DNA of 64,000 nt from an uncultured Prochlorococcus sp. (lineage in GTDB: Bacteria > Cyanobacteriota > Cyanobacteriia > PCC-6307 > Cyanobiaceae). Both the position numbers and the translations under genes were made by a program. The DNA is taken from contig CACGDL010000001.1 in assembly GCA_902571795.1 (NCBI GenBank), positions 9,222 through 73,221 of the forward strand, given 5' to 3'. The notes beneath the pieces are model-generated. The model saw only the letters and a program-made list of their open reading frames with translations. It did no database searches and was not told where the DNA came from. Below are positions 54,203-64,000 of this stretch, piece after piece; the first letter of the stretch is position 1, and each line of letters opens with the position of its first letter.

Positions 54203-54213
54203 CTTTTAAAAAA

Positions 54214-54576
54214 TTAATGCTTATTCATTCTTGGTGGTTTTCCAAATGATTGAAACATATCCCTATCGAGGCTATTCTCTAAATCATCTAATTCTTCGAA
54301 CTTGACCCAATGAATACAATCAACAGGGCAAGTATCTATTGCCTCTTGTATAACATCAACACTATCACCATCTTGTCTAATTGCTCGACTTCTACCATGA
54401 AATTCGTCAACTAAGAAAGTGTTTGAAGCAACGTGTACACAGTATTGACAACCAATACATTTAGCTTCATCAACCCAAACAGCTTTTTCTGCTAATTGAC
54501 CGCCTAAAACTGGCTCAAAGCCTGAAATTTCAATATTTTCTCCAAGATTATTATCAAATGGATCGGTTAAATCCAT
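54214..54576 (-). CDS. Ferredoxin (3Fe/4Fe-S, Fer4_13-like)
   Basis: CIGCQYC...CPVDCI. Confidence 0.9.
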   Translation of the reverse strand: MDLTDPFDNNLGENIEISGFEPVLGGQLAEKAVWVDEAKCIGCQYCVHVASNTFLVDEFHGRSRAIRQDGDSVDVIQEAIDTCPVDCIHWVKFEELDDLENSLDRDMFQSFGKPPRMNKH

Positions 54577-54584
54577 AATAGAGA

Positions 54585-54977
54585 TTAGTTATCCCACTTG
54601 GTTAAAACCAATTCAATTGAGCCGTCATTTTGATTATTTTGTTCTACGATTTGATAACCATCCTCTTTTGTTTTAGAAATAATTGTTTCGTAGGCATACA
54701 TTTGAGTAACTTTAGAGATAAATCTTTCTACTGGAAGCTCAAATTTCCACAAATCTAGATCAGTGACTAACTCATATGAATTTGAATTATTATCCCATTT
54801 AAATCCAACTTTAGTATCTCCAGGAAGATTCATGCTTATATCAACAGCTGTAAATTTACCTCTATAGCCCTTAACAAACTTTTCTTCTTGATTGATCATG
54901 TAACCAAGGTTATTTAAGGCTTTAATTAATGGCTCTGCTTCTTTGAGCTGAGTTTTAATCGTACTAAAGTGTGACAT
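54585..54977 (-). CDS. ycf35: DUF1257/Ycf35 family protein
   Basis: MSHFSTIKT...DGSIELVL. Confidence 0.88.
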   Translation of the reverse strand: MSHFSTIKTQLKEAEPLIKALNNLGYMINQEEKFVKGYRGKFTAVDISMNLPGDTKVGFKWDNNSNSYELVTDLDLWKFELPVERFISKVTQMYAYETIISKTKEDGYQIVEQNNQNDGSIELVLTKWDN

Positions 54978-55188
54978 TAGATTCCTTGTTGAATTGTTTT
55001 AATTTTTCATTTTGATTAGAGATGAAAGCATCAGAAGTTTTATTTTTAACTGTTACTTTACCCAGAGCATCTTCAAGATTTCTTGTAGCATCATTGCAAG
55101 AATTACCAGTAAAACCTTCTACAGTCTCTTCAACTCTTCCGTCTTGATGAATTTTGAATCTCAATGTTTTTTGAGGCATTAAATTCAA
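54964..55188 (-). CDS. DUF2997 family protein
   Basis: DGRVEETVEG..G..C motif; usual neighbour of DUF1257. Confidence 0.85.
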   Translation of the reverse strand: MNLMPQKTLRFKIHQDGRVEETVEGFTGNSCNDATRNLEDALGKVTVKNKTSDAFISNQNEKLKQFNKESNVTL

Positions 55189-55328
55189 GTACTGAGTACT
55201 TTTACTTTATATAGAATAACGAAATTTTTTTGTTTCAGTTGGTACAAGTTAATTAATTTTAATTTTTATATTGAATATCTAATAAATAAACTCTTTCAGT
55301 ATTATGCTTATCAAAAAAATTAAGAAAT

Positions 55329-56096
55329 TTAGTTATAAAAACCTTGCATCCCCATTGAATCCAAGGCAGTTTTTGCTTCTTCCATAACAGAAGGTTCTTT
55401 ATCGAAAAGAGCTATCTTGGTACATTCATCAACGAAACTTTCTTGCAATGTATTGTTTAATTTTTCGTACAATCGACACAATGACCAGATGCAATTACTT
55501 CTTACACCCGGTTCATTATCTATTTTTAAACTTATTAAAAGTTGTTCTGCTGCCAATTGAGCATTTTCCAAAGAAACATTGCCGATTTCAGCTAAAGAAC
55601 TAGATGACCACAACCTTACTGCAGCTACATCGTTCTTCAAAGCATTTATTAATGGCTTCAAAACAATTTGATTATCATAATTAGCCAAGCTCCATGCAGT
55701 TGCTCTTCTGACATAAGCATTATCATCAGTCTCCAAAAGACTGACAAGTTTCTCGACCGCGCTAGGACACGGATTACGACCTAAAGCATATACCACACTC
55801 ATTCTTTCTACAGGACAAGGTTGATCAAGTAATGGTAACAAAAGAGGAAAAGATCTTGAATCTCTATATTCACAAAATATTCTTAAGCCCTGTATTCTTT
55901 GTTCTCTATTACCTTTGAGCATTTTTAATGCTTCATTGCACTCTTGAGTTATGTTTAAACCTTTTGGAAAAGAATCTTCATCAATTTGTTCTAAAGGATC
56001 TATTTCAATTTCTAAGGCTAATTCTCTCGCTAAAACTTCTGGGTCAACAGCGATATCCACTAAGCTTTTTTTATTAGGATCCTTATTTTTTGTCAT
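55329..56096 (-). CDS. HEAT/PBS-lyase repeat protein
   Basis: Repeated (V/E)R...(W/Y)(S/A)L units; start trimmed to ATG56096. Confidence 0.88.
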   Translation of the reverse strand: MTKNKDPNKKSLVDIAVDPEVLARELALEIEIDPLEQIDEDSFPKGLNITQECNEALKMLKGNREQRIQGLRIFCEYRDSRSFPLLLPLLDQPCPVERMSVVYALGRNPCPSAVEKLVSLLETDDNAYVRRATAWSLANYDNQIVLKPLINALKNDVAAVRLWSSSSLAEIGNVSLENAQLAAEQLLISLKIDNEPGVRSNCIWSLCRLYEKLNNTLQESFVDECTKIALFDKEPSVMEEAKTALDSMGMQGFYN

Positions 56097-56113
56097 TTTA
56101 AAAACTAAAGATA

Positions 56114-56239
56114 TTAATTTATGGGAGCAGGAGACATCATATCTCCTGGCAACCAAATTCTTGCACTAACTGCAAAGAAGGCAATCCCAAAAAGTGAGAC
56201 AATAGCGAAAGGTAAAATTTTTGTCTTAATAAAACCCAA
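56114..56239 (-). CDS. 41-aa membrane micro-protein MGFIKTKILPFAIVSLFGIAFFAVSARIWLPGDMMSPAPIN (TTG start)
   Basis: Hand-translated; single TM followed by WLPGDM..PAP; fills the gap in the operon. Confidence 0.7.
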   Translation of the reverse strand: MGFIKTKILPFAIVSLFGIAFFAVSARIWLPGDMMSPAPIN

Positions 56240-56308
56240 AGATTTAAGATTAATTAACACAATAATAACCTGTTTAAGAAACTTTTAAAAAATTTTTAAT
56301 GGATAATA

Positions 56309-57367
<1,059 letters not shown>

Positions 57368-57384
57368 TTATTTAAAAACTATTT

Positions 57385-57540
<156 letters not shown>

Positions 57541-57591
57541 TTACAAATTCAAAAATTCATTCTAGTCACTAAAAATAATAATAGATAATAT

Positions 57592-61725
<4,134 letters not shown>

Positions 61726-61732
61726 TTAAAGA

Positions 61733-63652
<1,920 letters not shown>

Positions 63653-63674
63653 TTAAAAGGTTTTAATTGAGTAT

Positions 63675-64000
63675 TTAATCTTCCTCATATTCAGAGGTTC
63701 CTAGTGATTCGTAAGTCGGCCTTGATGGAGTATTTCTTCTCGGATTGATATCTTGCATTAAATCTACCTCTTTTCCTTCATCTGTATAAACCCCTATATC
63801 CAAGCCTAGAGATTGTAATTCCCTCATAAGAACTTTAAATGACTCAGGAGTACCAGGCCTTGGGATCGGTTTACCCTTTACAATCGCATTAAGCGCCTCA
63901 TTTCTTCCTTGCATATCATCGGATTTAACTGTTAACAATTCCTGAAGAGTATAAGCGGCTCCATAAGCTTCAAGAGCCCATACTTCCATTTCTCCAAGCC
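63675..64000 (-). CDS. rpoB: RNA polymerase beta subunit, 3' end (truncated by the window)
   Basis: [20 protein letters not shown]. Confidence 0.98.
   Translation of the reverse strand, partial: LGEMEVWALEAYGAAYTLQELLTVKSDDMQGRNEALNAIVKGKPIPRPGTPESFKVLMRELQSLGLDIGVYTDEGKEVDLMQDINPRRNTPSRPTYESLGTSEYEED

Noticed and set aside
55188-55200. AGTACTGAGTACT palindrome as a LexA box
   Set aside because: 3-nt rather than 4-nt spacer, and it precedes genes with no SOS link.

Overview
AT-rich marine picocyanobacterial chromosome, very probably a high-light Prochlorococcus (inferred from gene content and order). About 11.37-64 kb is ordinary core genome: EVE protein, rpoZ, pyrR, gpmI, secG, groES/EL, both ATP synthase operons, pepP, nadD/E, ftsW, ccdA/ccs1, queF, glnB, purB, fumC, the bio operon, rsmG, rlmN, an hli gene and rpoB-rpoC1-rpoC2. 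It also carries the ATPC RNA, a K-box and a small cluster of TTTTCCACA DnaA-type boxes. The first ~11.35 kb is the right end of a genomic island containing about 20 unannotated micro-ORFs, several of them in paralogous pairs. It includes a glutamine-II (Downstream-peptide) riboswitch with its DUF4278 peptide and an NtcA box. The best candidate for an undescribed system is integron-like. A ~45-bp promoter+hairpin module occurs three times directly in front of gene arrays, and in two of them the genes are butt-joined at an (AAT)AAATGA(AACGC) junction. The last array is followed by a LexA-boxed gene and a lambda-attP-like 2+3 set of inverted 11-bp repeats at the island border. No recombinase gene is visible in the window, so the mechanism is inference. 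All calls are by eye and from the ORF track; no searches were run.
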